The notes: generated by a model from the sequence alone, not told the origin. A stretch of 64,000 bases of DNA from Spizellomyces punctatus DAOM BR117 (GCA_000182565.2 KQ257454.1), one strand, 5' to 3'. Numbered from the stretch's first letter, positions 25,830 to 39,132 are shown. Program-made: numbers and translations.

Positions 25830-27014
25830 ATGAGCAGCCTACCTCCGCTCTATCCTCCAATTCGATACGGCATAGTTGAAGAAGACCTCTTTCGCGGGGC
25901 GTACCCGAAGGAACGCAATTTTCGCTTTTTGCGTCGGCTCCGGCTCACGGCAATTCTCTCGCTCACCCCAGAGCCGCCAAACGCGGACCTCTCCGCTTTC
26001 TGTGTCGCTAATAACATCACCTCAATTCACGTTCGAGTCGACAAGCCAAAAGAGCATGTTCCCTTATCGTTCCAGAAGACTAGTCAAATCTTGGCAATTT
26101 TGGCAGATCCGTCCAATCACCCGCTGTTCGTCCACTGCCTCGACGGTGCAGGTGTCACGGGCGCTGTGATTATGTGCTTACGGAAGTTGCAGTGCTGGAC
26201 AATGGCATCTATATTGGTTGAAAGTACTCGATATCATAAAGAAGGAGTAATTGGCAGCGAGGAGGCGGAGTTTGTCGAAAAATTCAATGCCGACATAGAA
26301 GTGCCTCCGAGACTGCCGAAATGGCTATGGGGTGGCCATCTAACGTTTAAGAAGCACCCTACTCTGAGATTGAAAGTAGCTGCGCAAAGTGGCAATGTGA
26401 CCGCCAAAGCGGGCACTGCGACTGCCGCGTCACTCGATGGAGGGGTTCACTCAGGGCCAGCGCCGGGTAATGGTGAAAATGGCATGTCTTGCAACGCGCT
26501 GGAAGCAGCGGTGGCTATACCATCATCATGCTCTGGTAGTAATACTCAAAATATGTTTAACCTAAATACTGCCGATGAACTGGGTGGGTCCTCGAGTGGC
26601 GATGACGACCGGCTACCACGACGGTCAGTAGATTCTGGAGCGCATGCAGTACCCTTTCACACCAATCTCCTTTCATCCAACGCCCTTACTGCCCTCACTG
26701 GAATGAACGGATCTCCTATGGTACCTGTATCGGTCTTGTCACATGCCCTTTCGGTGCCCAAGGATATTGGTGCACCGTACTTGAGCAACGTTACCGATTT
26801 GCGCAGGGAGAAGGAGGAGTTGCGTAGACGTGCTGTCACGGAAAACCTGCTTGGAGTGGACATGGTGGGCCGAACTGGAGAAACTGCAGGTTTGCAAACT
26901 CCCGAAGTTGACGATGATGGATTAGAAGACGTGGAAGATAGCATGTCTATGACCTTACAAGCCTTAGCGTTGGAGATGTCAGGATCATTCAACAAGGGCC
27001 CCAAGGCATCATAA
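25830..27014 (+). CDS. SIW14/OCA-family (PFA-DSP) phosphatase-like protein, OCA6-like, with a low-complexity C-terminal extension
   Basis: PPIRYGIVEEDLFRGAYP..RNFRFLRRL.L..ILSLTPE, HPLFVHCLDG...TG...CLRKLQCW, PPRLPKWLW. Confidence 0.85.
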   Translation: MSSLPPLYPPIRYGIVEEDLFRGAYPKERNFRFLRRLRLTAILSLTPEPPNADLSAFCVANNITSIHVRVDKPKEHVPLSFQKTSQILAILADPSNHPLFVHCLDGAGVTGAVIMCLRKLQCWTMASILVESTRYHKEGVIGSEEAEFVEKFNADIEVPPRLPKWLWGGHLTFKKHPTLRLKVAAQSGNVTAKAGTATAASLDGGVHSGPAPGNGENGMSCNALEAAVAIPSSCSGSNTQNMFNLNTADELGGSSSGDDDRLPRRSVDSGAHAVPFHTNLLSSNALTALTGMNGSPMVPVSVLSHALSVPKDIGAPYLSNVTDLRREKEELRRRAVTENLLGVDMVGRTGETAGLQTPEVDDDGLEDVEDSMSMTLQALALEMSGSFNKGPKAS

Positions 27015-27154
27015 CATGCCTTCCACCAAATGCATTATCATATATAAAACTATGTCGATCTGCAATTAGAACAACTGCTTAGCCACAAAGAGCCACAAAC
27101 CGAATAATATTTTACAGAATTTCTACAGAATGCATTGTGTTCGATACTCGGGCT

Positions 27155-29911
27155 TTAATCCTCATCACTGTCAACAAATTCCGCGCTTTTGTACTTTCCG
27201 TCGCCACTGCTTTTGCTTCCACTCGCGGAGGGTGCTCCCTTGCTTTTGCTCCCACTGGCGGACGTTGTTCCCTTGCTTGAGCTCCCTCCGCCTCCGGCCT
27301 CGTAGACCTTGCGTTCTCGTTCGTACCGCTCCTTGTCTTCCGAGGCCAAGTTGTCATATTTCTGATAATGACAGAGCCACATCAGTATACAAGGTGTACA
27401 TGTAGATCAAAACACCCACAAAAATATACCTTCTTCTCATCAGGCGTGATGGATTTCCATAGTTCTCCCAACTTCTTTGACGCCTCAGTGATAGACAGTC
27501 CAGGGTTCTCATCCATCACCTCTGGTCGTTTGTCTTTGCAGAAAAGGAGAAATGCCGAGACATTCTTTTTAGGAGCTGCCGCGTCTTTCTTAGCTTTTTT
27601 CTTGGCTGGCTGTTTCGATTTATCCTCCTTCTTTGCGACGTTCCCTTCCGGTTTCACCTTTCCTTTCGGTTTCTGTCTAGAATCTAATTGCCGCAGACCC
27701 CATACAACAATTAGCTACGGTGAACGATGAAAGGCTTACAATCTCTCAAACATTACCTTCGTTGTCGCTAGCATCACTTTTCTCGTTGGCACCATCTGGA
27801 GCCGCGCCCTCTTCATCGCTACTGCCAGCATATTGTTCATCATACTCTTCCGCAACGTCGCTCTCATCTTCAGGTGCAAAATCTTCATCCTCTACAATCA
27901 CCATCCAGTGAATCAAAGGATCTGTAAGATCATCAGTTTCACCTCCTCTTACCGCTTTCGTCCTCATCCTCATATCCATCACCCTCATCTCGCGATCGCT
28001 TTCTAACCGGTTCCTCCTCACTCTCAATGTCGCTATCCTCGACATAACCGACACCAGTATCCACAAGCTCACTAAGAACCTGGATCTTTTTCGCACGGAA
28101 GTACGCCATGAGTGGATCGTGTTCTTCCCTGTAACATTTGTATTAGAATGTGCTAGAGAAATCAGTTCACAAACGAGCCGAACCTTGCGATGCTGCTGAA
28201 TGTGTACTCAGGCCCATCTCGGAGATTAAACTTGATCTCGAAGGTTTTCAAAGTGTTCCCGCCTGCCTGGCCCACGCGAGCGAACGTCACAGCAGCGATG
28301 TCATTGTGGGAGAAATAGATGGCAGGTTTTGGGATAGATAGGATTAATTTCTCCAGCGGGTACAGGAAGGCCTCGTTTGCCTTGTACGCGCATTTAATTC
28401 CGCTCTGGTTTTGATTGCTTTTGGCGAATGAGACATTTGGACATTGCAGACCGATTACACCAGGCCCTTACCTTCTGAAGGTTCCGCCAGGGGTAGTCAG
28501 CTTCTTTCCGGATAAGCCCTTTAGAATGTCGCTAACGACTTCGTAAATAGGTCCGTCGTAGTCTTTCTTCAGTCGATTAGCGTAAGTTGTCGTCAACGTC
28601 TCGCTGCAACAGTACGTGCCTTGAGCGGTCAAGTGGTTGTGACAGAAGGTTGCGATTAAAAGCCCACTTACTCGTCCATAGCAAGGCTGATTTCCATCTC
28701 ATCCTCTCTTTCGAATTGGAACACAAGAAAAGGATATCGAGTTTGTCCTTGTCGAAGTGGAGGGTCCAGTCCCACAACGAGCATGAAATGCAAATCATCA
28801 GGCTTTGGGAGCAAAGCCAGCATAATGACAGAATCGTATAGAACTTTATAGTCGTGGGACTTCCCACGAAGCCGGAAGAAATCGGCGTGCATGTCCACTT
28901 CGAACCGACCGCTACAGTCATCTCACCTGTTAGCAGCGAGCATGCGTAGAATGCAAACCACTACCAGCATCACATACCGAGGAGTGAGACACAGCAGATT
29001 TTCGAAGCTCGCAATAGATTCTCCAAAGGCCCCTCCGAAGTCCGACTTTTGCTTGATAGTTTCGCATAACAGGCTGGCCGACGACAGCGCTGATCCATCC
29101 TCATCGAGGACAGGTTTTTCTCCATTCTCTTCCACTGGCTCATCGTCCACGCCATCGTCAACCCTGATGTCTCCTTCTTCATCCTTATCTTTGAACAGTC
29201 GAATACCGTCTTCATTCTGGGTCACTTGACTCTGAGTTCCCACACCCGGAACGAAAAAGCGGACCTCCACTAAAGCGTCCTCTCCTCGCGAAGACTTTGG
29301 ATCCCCATCTGACCCTGCAAATTCCACTGAAACTTCATTACGAGAAGCCAAGGTCGCGTTGGCAACTTCGTTCAGGGGTATTTCGAACGCAGGGTGATTT
29401 GCCACATTGAAGCTCATGTTATTTCCTTGAAATTCTATAGATCCCCAGTTCCAGCCCCGTACAGATAGTTCCTTCCGCTCCAATGTCTTATGATATAGGT
29501 TCTTTATCAAGTGAGCGAGCGTATCATAAGTCTAGGAAAGCAGGGATGAGTTAGACGACCCACATTTGCTGCCATATTATGAGGCTTACATCTCTGGGAA
29601 ATCCATCAAATTTCACAATCGTTCCATCTTTCTGTTGTACTCGCAATTGAAACTCTCGAGCACAGCGCTGCCACGACAGTTTCTGAATCTCTGCTGCCGG
29701 AACAGCTGTCACCTTCCCATTGGCTGCATTCTTCCACCCTATACCGGCCTCGGCAATTTTCAGTCGCCCAACTCCCTAATATGTGTTATAAAAAGTGGGT
29801 TGGTTAAATGAGCCGAAAACAACCATCAAGATTGCCCTGAGCAGCTTTGCTTGTCATTACCTTGGCAGTTATTTTCCCGCCAAGGTAAATGGTCTCAAAC
29901 TCTCTAGCCAT
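27155..29911 (-). CDS. SSRP1: FACT complex subunit SSRP1/Pob3 with C-terminal HMG box
   Basis: RGWNWG, FEIPL, CLTPRGRFEVDM, RLRGKSHDYK, LDPPLRQGQTRYPFLV, LYPLEK, acidic tract, then HMG box APKKNVSAFLLFCKDKRPEV...KKLGELWKSITPDEK. Confidence 0.95.
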
Positions 29912-30154
29912 GCTCGCGGCGGTCCTCTTTTCCCGTTATGTGTGATACCTAACCAGACGATGGCGAGTAAGACGAGGGGCGGACTCTGGTTTAATCGCAG
30001 TATGTGATCTGTGAATTAGCCTTGGAAATGAGTCCATAGGCATCGTTTACCATTTGAGGCGTAGTCACTGTCGGCTGAGATACACCTTACTGCGATGCCG
30101 CGGATGATTCCCACACTCATACTCAACATACATCATAATCATACGCTTCCAAAG

Positions 30155-31738
30155 ATGGACTTGCGCGCGATGAGCGTCGACGAATCAGATCCCATCGCAA
30201 TGATGCATTACGCAGATCGGTAGGCCGTATCCTTCAACATGTATTAGGCATCCGAAACGTGCATCTGACGCCATAGAGGAAACAAATACTTCCAGCCTCA
30301 TTTATGAAGCACAGGAGAGCGGAAGCGAAGAGCTGAAAGCAGATATTGGCTCAAAAGCGTTACACTACTATATTAGTGCGGCGCGATCAGGCGTTCCAGA
30401 GGCGGCACGAAAGGCAGCTGTTCATTTGTGGGAGGCAGGCCAACGTCGAGGCGCGAAAAAATTGTTACGGGAAGCTGCACAAGAAGGCGACCTAGCCGCA
30501 ACAAAGATACTGGCAGAATGGTTGTGGGCTGAAGACTACCCAGCTGTAAGGAGCACCTCGCAATCTCTGGAAATTGCGAAGAGAGAAGAAGAGCCCGAGG
30601 ACGAGGAGGGCGACGACAGCGACGATGAGGACGTAGAAATGGGCCACGGGTTAACTCCACAAAATAACATTGACCGAGTGACGAAAGTCAGCAAAGCGCG
30701 GCGGCAAGCGTTCCATTTGTGGTGCCTTGCCGCCGATCGCTTTGGCGATCTTACGAGTTAAGTTCGACAGGCAATCTTATGTAGACCTGTTATCTAAATT
30801 ACCGTTTAGGTATGCGCAAGGTTGCCGAGTGCTATGCTAATGGCGAGGGAGTAGGAATAGTGGACATGGACAAATCCATAGCGTACTGGGAGAGAGCTGC
30901 ATCTAAGGACGACAGAACAGCCATGGCTGCGTTGGCTCGGTACTACCACCAGCGCTCCCATGAGACATTCAAACGCCGTGGGAAAGGTCCCATAATGAAT
31001 TCCATCTCAGCACCGCATGAAGACGTGGCGCTCAATGAAGATGGTGATGGAACGGCTATGGTCAAACTACTACGGTACACATGGATGGCAGCATCTGATG
31101 GGGACATATTCTGTTTACGCCATCTTGCAAGTGCTCATCAGCATGGGTACCATGGCGCTCAAAAGGACGTTCCAGCCGCTCTGCAGCTCTACATGGCGGC
31201 AGCAGCACAAGGGGACATATCAGCGCGCGCTGCCGCTGCGGACATCCTGTATCACGGTGATGACGGCGTAGCACCGGATCGAGTCGGCGCATTTGCCTTG
31301 TATACCCAAGCTGCAAAAGAAGGTTTGGTACCTTCGTACAAGGCACTAGCAGACTGCTACCGCACTGGTCAGGGTGCCCCAGACGATAAGTGCAACCTTG
31401 AGCTCGCCTACATGTATTATTCCGAAGCAGCGCAGCAAGGATGTACCACCAGCTTGAGAATGCTCGGGGACCTTCATTGGAACGGCGATGGATGTGTAAA
31501 GGATCGCGCAAAAGCTGCGGAGTTTTACGAACAAGCAGCAGCGGCTGGGGACTTGGAAGCGGAGCGATGTTTGGCTAGATGCTACTGGTTGGGACATGGA
31601 ACGGTAAGGGACCGAGAAAAAGCGAAAGAAATCTGGCGAGAAATGGCGAGAAACTGTGACAGCTTAGGCGATGAGGAAAGAAGACGATTAGAAATAATGG
31701 ATGATGAAGCGTTTGAAGAGTTGATGGAGTATTGTTGA
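30155..31738 (+). CDS. Sel1-like repeat (SLR) protein
   Basis: Multiple AECYANGEGV / LGDLHWNGDGCVKDRAKAAEFYEQAAAAGD / LARCYWLGHG repeats. Confidence 0.85.
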
Positions 31739-32094
31739 TCCTCGATATTCACTTTGTTTTTGCGGAGACCTTTTATATTGAAAGTGACGATGCCTATTAG
31801 ATCACCCTATTAAAGAGTTTTTCATCCTAATTACAAAGTATAAGGAAGAGTTTATTCATTAGTTTTTAGAATTGATTGCCAGATAAAAACAATGCAGTCA
31901 ATATCCCTGAAAGGAAATTTGAGCGTAACTGACCTGTACTGACCGACAGATTGACATGTAAGTCCACGTGACCGATTGTGCTGCCATAGCAACATGAGTT
32001 GGTTCCTGGCTTTACGCTTTGACATTGTGATCTACTGCCAAACTGCAGTGTGGTGACATTCCCCTTTGAAATCCCTCCTCGACAGCACCACGCA

Positions 32095-35000
32095 ATGGAT
32101 CTCGATTTGTATGATGAGTTCGGAAACTATATCGGGCCCGATCTCGATGAAGATGAGGAAGATGAAGAAGACACTTACGCTCTGCCTCAAGCCCAGCGGA
32201 TGGATGTGGATGACGAAGATGAGTCTGGCGAGCGGGAAAAGGACACGACAGGGATGGCGCTGATGCAAGTAGATGGTAAGCACGGTGGTTCGGATTTGAG
32301 CTACTACCTGTACAACGTGATATTAACTCACATTTGGTGACCTGGTCAGAGGCCGTAAATCAAGTTGTTTTGCATGAGGACAAAAAGTATTATCCTACGG
32401 CGGAAGAGGTGTATGGCCCTGATGTGGAAACCTTGGTGCAAGAAGAGGACACACAGCTGCTCAGCGAGCCGATCATTGCTCCTGTTAAGCAAAGAAAAAC
32501 ATACATTCAGGAAAAGGATCTACCAGTTACAAGATACAGTAAAGAGTTCATGGCGGATCTGATGGGCTTTCCCGACTTGATTAGAAACATAGCGATTGTG
32601 GGACATTTGCATCACGGAAAAACCTCGTTTGTAGACGTTCTTGTTGCACAAACGCATGACATGACTTGGGATTTGGAAAGGAAGGAGCGGTACACGGACG
32701 TCCATGAGTTGGAGCGAGGAAGGGGTGTAAGCATCAAGAGCATGCCCATGTCTTTGGTGATGCAGGATTTGAAGGGCAAGTCTCACCTCCTGAATATTTA
32801 CGATACGCCTGGACATGTAAATTTCTCGGATGAAGTAACTGCCGCCGTTCGGATCTGCGATGGCGCGGTTCTCGTGGTTGACGCGGTAGAAGGAGTAATG
32901 GCGAACACTGAACGGCTGATCAAGCACTTGGCGGCAGAGCGAATACCGATGACACTTGTGATCAATAAAGTTGACCGGTTGATCTTAGAGCTCAAGCTTC
33001 CTCCCACGGATGCATATTTCAAGTTGCGACACACTATCGAGGAAGTTAACTCCATACTAGCGACTTGTACAGACGGAGTACGTCTGTCGCCGGAGGCGGG
33101 GAACGTGTGCTTTGCGTCCAGTCAAATGGGTTGGTGTTTCTCGTTGAAGTCGTTTGCACAAATGTACTCTGAAAGCTACGAGAACTTCGACGTTGAGGAA
33201 TTCGCGAAACGTCTGTGGGGCGATATATATTTCAATCCGGAGAAAGGAACATTCCGAAGGCGACCGGTTGACAGTTCCAGTAGTCGTACCTTCGTGCATT
33301 TCATTTTGGAGCCACTTTTCAAGATGTACGCGCAAGTAGTTGGTGAAGACGCAAAGACGTTGAAACAAACTCTTTCTTCCCTTGGGATATACTTGAAACC
33401 ATCTCAGCTATCTATGGATGTCAAGCCTCTCCTGCGATTAGTTTGCGAGCAATTTTTTGGAACAGTTAACGGCTTTGTTGATATGATCATCCGAAAGATT
33501 CCGTCACCAAAAGAAAATGCATGCAATAAAGTGGAGCACATCTACACAGGAGAATTGGACAGCCCCTACGCAGCGGCGATGAAAAACCTTGACCCCGAAG
33601 GGCCATTAATGATTCACATTGTGAAACTGTACAATGCTACGGATATGACAGGATTTGATGCGTTTGGACGAGTAATGAGTGGAACTGTGCAATTGGGACA
33701 GAAGGTTAGAGTACTTGGAGAAGGCTACACGCCCGATGATGAGGAGGACATGACAATCAGGGATGTGACAGGCCTGTCCGTGTACGAAAGCAGATACAAA
33801 GTCAAAGTGAGCTCCGCCTCCGCAGGTAGTTGGGTGTTGCTTGAGGGAGTAGATCCAGGTATCATCAAGACTGCAACTATCACCAGCAAGGAGGTCATCG
33901 AAGATGAGCCCGTATATATCTTTCGGCCACTCCGATACAACACGCAGCCCGTGGTGAAGGTTGCAGTGGAACCGGTGAACCCCACTGAGTTGCCTAAGAT
34001 GTTGGATGGCCTACGTAAAATCAACAAGTCTTATTCGATTGTTCAGACAAAGGTGGAGGAGAGTGGAGAGCATATTATTCTGGGTACCGGAGAACTCTAT
34101 TTGGATTGCGTTCTCCATGATTTGCGGCGGCTGTATTCCGAAATTGAGTTGAAAGTGGCAGATCCCGTGGTAAGATTCTGCGAGACAGTTGTCGAGACAA
34201 GTACCCTCAAATGCTTCGCTGAAACACCAAATAAAAGGTAGACATCTGGTGTGCTGTTTGATTTCGTTTTGTTTACCACTTAGTGACTAAATTGCTCTCC
34301 TCCAACCAGAAATAAAATAACGATGGTATCGGAACCTCTTGAAAAGGGGATAGCAGAAGATATTGAGAATCTGCAGGTCTCCGCAAAGTGGCCAGTGAAA
34401 CAGCTTGGGGATTGGTTTCAAAATAAGTACGACTGGGATGTGCTGGCATCCCGTAATATTTGGGCATTTGGACCAGACGATGCCGGACCAAATGTTTTGG
34501 TGAACGATACCCTACCAACTGAAACGGATAAACAACTTCTTCAGAGCGTCCGGGATTCGATAAAGCAAGGTTTTCAATGGGCGACCAGGGAGGGACCGCT
34601 ATGTGACGAACCGATTAGAAACGTGAAGTTCAAGATACTGGATGCTACAATCGCAAAGGAGCCAATTTATCGTGGCGGTGGTCAGATCATCCCAACTGCA
34701 CGACGAGTATGCTACTCGTCCTTCCTAATGGCCACCCCTCGTCTTATGGAGCCAGTATACTATGTCGAGGTGCAGGCGCCTGCTGACTGTGTCTCCGCAG
34801 TGTACACTGTCCTGGCCCGCCGACGTGGGCACGTAACTCAGGACATATCCAAACCTGGTTCTCCACTCTCCACTGTTAAAGCGTACATCCCCGTCATCGA
34901 TTCGGCGGGATTCGAGACAGATTTACGAACCCATACGCAAGGACAAGCATTTTGTCAACAAATGTTTGATCACTGGCAGATTGTACCTGGAGATCCATTG

Positions 35001-35180
35001 GACAAGAGCATCGTACTGCGACCGTTAGAACCAAGCCCAGCACAGCATTTAGCGAGGGATTTCATGGTGAAAACCAGAAGAAGAAAAGGTCTCAGCGAGG
35101 ACGTTGCTGTGACAAAATTCTTTGATGATCCAATGTTGGTAGAGTTGGCGAAGTTGGAAGGAGGTGTTATTGGATTCTAA
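32095..35180 (+). CDS. SNU114: U5 snRNP 116 kDa EF-2-like GTPase
   Basis: [86 protein letters not shown]. Confidence 0.98.
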
Positions 35181-35307
35181 GATTTGTGTGCGATTGAATG
35201 ATATACTTTACAAAGTTGCAACAGACGGAGTCGCTCTTCCATAATGAACATTTTGCTGAGGTGAACAACCTCAAGAGCTATCGTATCCCAGCATCGGTAT
35301 ACAAAAT

Positions 35308-35675
35308 CTACAAACGTGGTTTCAAGTGCATTCTTCGCATTCCATGATCGTGGTGCGGAACTTTTGTTCGCCAAGGTCGAGAAGGTGTGTACCCGGCAAA
35401 TGCTGGATGTAGGATGGCTGCATCGCAGGGCACTGCGGAACCTGGACGGGGTGGTATGTAAGTGCCTGTACAGCCCGAAAATGCTGGGTGATAGAGTGAG
35501 GGGTCAAAGCAAGAGCTGTAGTGCCACTCCCGTATAGCTAAAAGGAATCATAATTCAGTTCTCGACAATGGATCTTTCCCAGTCAACGACTTCCAAGCAC
35601 ACCTCTGTGAGATTGCATGGAATGAATGTAGCTTGTGTGGGGAGTCTGATGAACGCTATTCCTGTGCTTGACCAT
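35308..35675 (-). CDS. Candidate 100-aa microprotein (2 exons: 35603-35675, 35308-35537)
   Basis: A 65-nt GT-AG intron with a CTGAA branch-like site joins an uninterrupted frame containing the internal repeat LYHPAFSGCT / ILHPAFAGYT. It is divergent from the USP gene. Confidence 0.45.
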
Positions 35676-35789
35676 TCGTTAACCTGAAGATCACAGTCGT
35701 GACGTGATGGATGATGCCACGTGATCGCCCATTAGAGGGCTCCAGATTCATCGCAGGGGCTACAGAACACAGTCGCCATCTTTTGCAAG

Positions 35790-36729
35790 ATGCCTGCCCC
35801 AAAAGCAAGGGTCATTGTCGTCGGTAGGTTCTTTACCTTCCTTCGTGAATTTCTATAAGACGAATACGACAGCTTGGCTTATATCCCGCGGCAGCCTTGG
35901 ACCATACCCCAACATCAGCCCACGCCTTAACAGTGCGTATGAATGCCAACCAGCATATTTCTGTTAATACTGACAGACACAAAGTATCTTTTAGACAATG
36001 TAGTCAGATTGGGTGATCGTCTTGTGCTTGTGAGCGTCGGAGTGACAGAAGGTCCAGAATGGGCAGATGTTGTGGACGCTGCAGCTGGTTGGTGCCTTGT
36101 TTTATCGTCCTCGCAAAGAGGTTTTATCGTCCTCATTTAGTACTGCTAATTTGCGATATCTTCAGGTGTTCCCGACCCCAACCTAAAGGAGGTATATTGG
36201 ATCAAATCTTTTCCGGCGATGGGACAGGATGTTCATAGATTTGAGATTTACACTATCTATCTTTTATGCAGGCTGAAGCCCAGGCTGCTGCCTTGCTTCA
36301 TGATGCAGAAAAACTCGTAAAGGATCGCTTTGCGGGCAATGAGGTACATTGCAAACTCCCAACTATCCAGTTCGTGAGAGTGGCACTGACTGTACCTTGA
36401 CAAATAGATCACAGTTCTTCGTCGTCCGGTGACTGGATCGAGCGTTCACAACATGATTGTGGAGGTATGCGACGAAGTGAATGCAAATTTGTTAGTAATG
36501 GGAAGCAGAAATCGTCCTGGTTTCAAGAGGTTAGTGCGACAGAATGTAATGAGCCCGAGTTGTCTATCCTAACGAGTCGACCTTGGCGCACTTGTCAACA
36601 TATAGAATAATTCTCGGTTCGGTTAGTGATGAGTGTGCACACAGAGCAAAATGCGCTGTTCTTATTGTAAAAGACGATCGTCCTGAAGAAGAGGGCAATA
36701 GCAGATGGCCAGTATGGGCTCGACTGTAG
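35790..36729 (+). CDS. Universal stress protein (USP domain), many small exons
   Basis: RVIVVA|LDHTPTSAHALT|YLLDNVVRLGDRLVLV ... IVEVCDEVNANLLVMGSR...|ILGSVSDECAHRAKCAVLIVK. Confidence 0.85.
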
Positions 36730-36934
36730 ATAGATATTGTGTATTGTATTGCGTAATATAGTCACGTGAGGGTGGAAGCTTGTGAAGTGGTTGGGATGGG
36801 GTCTCCGCAAGACTTTCAACGCAAATGGCTGCCTTCTTGAGGACAATCATACTGCATAAACTTACTTCAAATGTGTTGGACAGCAGAATAATCATACTAG
36901 CAGCGTTGTGTAACTGAACATAAAGAGTGCCAAG

Positions 36935-39132
36935 ATGAGCTCCAAACCCAAGGCTCCTCCGTTGGACTATAACAAGCTCCCAGAGCTGTCACTGGATGCT
37001 GCCCCAACACTCAAGCGCTACCTCGACTATCTAACAAATGCTATCAACTTGAAATCTAGCGGAGCTCCACCCGCGGAAATATTCCAGCCGTTCACACCAT
37101 CCCAACTTCCCGCACTGCCAAGTTCCGTGGAACTGCAACGATTGAAACAAGAACTCGAGGGTTTTGACCAGGCGACAAAGAGCAGACAGGACCATGTGGC
37201 CCGTAACATGCAAGCACTAGAAAGATGGGTACCAGCAAAATCCCTGTCCAACGAAGCAGATAAAGGAAAGGAGGGTATTCGCATCAAAGATGGAAAGGCA
37301 ATGGAAAAGCGAAAGGAATTGTCAAAAGAAAAGAAAATAAAGCTGTCGGGCGATGAATCCTCTCGAGACGAAGCTCGCGTAACGTTGAAACTTAAAATAG
37401 CACCTCAATCGGGTGCGAGAAACGAGAAATCAGGTAACCCAGTCGCCTCGCCTGAAAGACAATGCATCGAACTTAAAATCGAAATCTTCCTCAGATGACG
37501 GTATCACACCGCTCGATAGTCCCATTTCTGTGTCTGCGTATGTGACGGTAATGCTTCCATAATGCGAAAGAGACAGTGTGGTTGAAGTTGTTCTACCTCT
37601 AGAGATACCAATAAAAAACGCAAACGTGAGATGGACCACGACGATGTGAGCGACACGGATAGAGACAAGCGATCCAGCACGAGTTCAAATAGTACGTTGA
37701 AAGCTGGAGCGGTTCGAGTAGGCCTTGGAATCGAACAGGTACAGGAACAAATCGGCCTGTATTTTTCAGGAAATTTAGAGCTGTGACATTCTCACTGTGA
37801 TATATCAGACTCCGATTGCGCCAGGAAAGCCACCAAATCACCGATCTGTGGTTCCTAAGGCTAAACCGGTAAGTTGTTGTAGTTACTTTGTTGTGCAGCA
37901 GCACTACTGATGCTGGACTGGACTGATACGGCCTGACAGAGGACCAGCAAAAAAAGTGGTGCACAAAAAAATAACAAGCTCAAGAAGCGATCGAGCATGG
38001 TGGATTCGGAGGATCTTGGACGACAAACACCAGAAATAGATGACAGGATGGATGGTGTAACGGACATCCCAGTTGAAGGCGACTACACAAAAGCGAAACC
38101 AATACAAAATCAAATTCCCATCCAAACATTTTGGGGTTTCGTCGATCAATTTTATCGTCCTTTAACGGAGGAGGATCTGAAGTACTTGGATGCTCAAGTA
38201 AGCTACCTGACGGATGATTCGGGAGTGAGATCGTTTTCTAACAATGTTCCTGTGCGCTCACCAGGGTGATGAAGTAACACCGTATATTGTTCCCGGTCTG
38301 GGGCGGCCATACAAAGAGCAGTGGGCTGATGAAGAAGCTAAATTCATGTCCCAGCTGGATGCTGAGCTATCAGCTGCGTCGTATTCTGCCCCACTAGGGC
38401 AAGAATATAACGAGATTAATGGAGCGGTTCACTGTGGGGACGTTTATTTCAAGCCTTTGTCAGAACGAATAATTGCGTCGTTACTTGAAAACCGAATTAC
38501 AAGTTATATACCACCAAACAGTCCAATGGGTGCTTGCGACTATGATAAAATCAGCTTCAGGACCAATGGTGACATGATGGACTTGGAACAGAGAATGCGA
38601 AACGAGCTTCGCTTTATCGGCCTTATTGATGATGACGAGGTCAGAATTTGGCGCCTTGATTGGAAGCACATTTTTGACTGACAATCACTAATAGGAGGGG
38701 GCGGGAAACGATGAAGAAGACGAGATCAGTAAAGATCTGCGGCGACTGCAGGCTCAGTTGCGCGAACAGGCGGCCATCAACCGATCCAGGAAGCAGCAAC
38801 TGAAGGAGGTTGCTCAGAAGTGGATGGCTTGGCAGGAATATAATGGCGTACTAGAAGACATCAATAAAAACATCGAGCAAGCATATACGAAACGCTTTGT
38901 AGGTGTTTGCCCGCCTTTAGCCGATAATGGACTGGTCGCTTATCCTGCTTCTTCTCAGAGAACACCCGCAAAATCAAAGGGAAAGAAAAAGATCCTGAAG
39001 GGAGAATATCGACCGATGACGGAAGATGTGATGCATTACTTGGCAAACCGCCAAAAAATCATCGACGAAGTCGGGGCTTTTTTTCCTCCAGAACAGTACA
39101 AGATTCCGGAAACCTCAATCTACTCACGCTGA
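36935..39132 (+). CDS. ADA3: SAGA histone acetyltransferase module subunit Ada3/Ngg1
   Basis: NQIPIQTFWGFVDQFYRPLTEEDLKYL, IVPGLGRPYKEQWADEE, PLSERIIASLL, LEQRMRNELRFIGL, DEISKDLRRLQAQL, MAWQEY. Confidence 0.92.

Noticed and set aside
29872-29883. E2F-like TTTTCCCGCCAA
   Set aside because: It falls inside SSRP1 coding exon 1 (LGGKI) and is explained by codons.
30227-30235. GTATCCTTC resembling a U12 5' splice site
   Set aside because: It lies inside an ordinary GT-AG intron starting at 30220; using it would retain an in-frame TAG.
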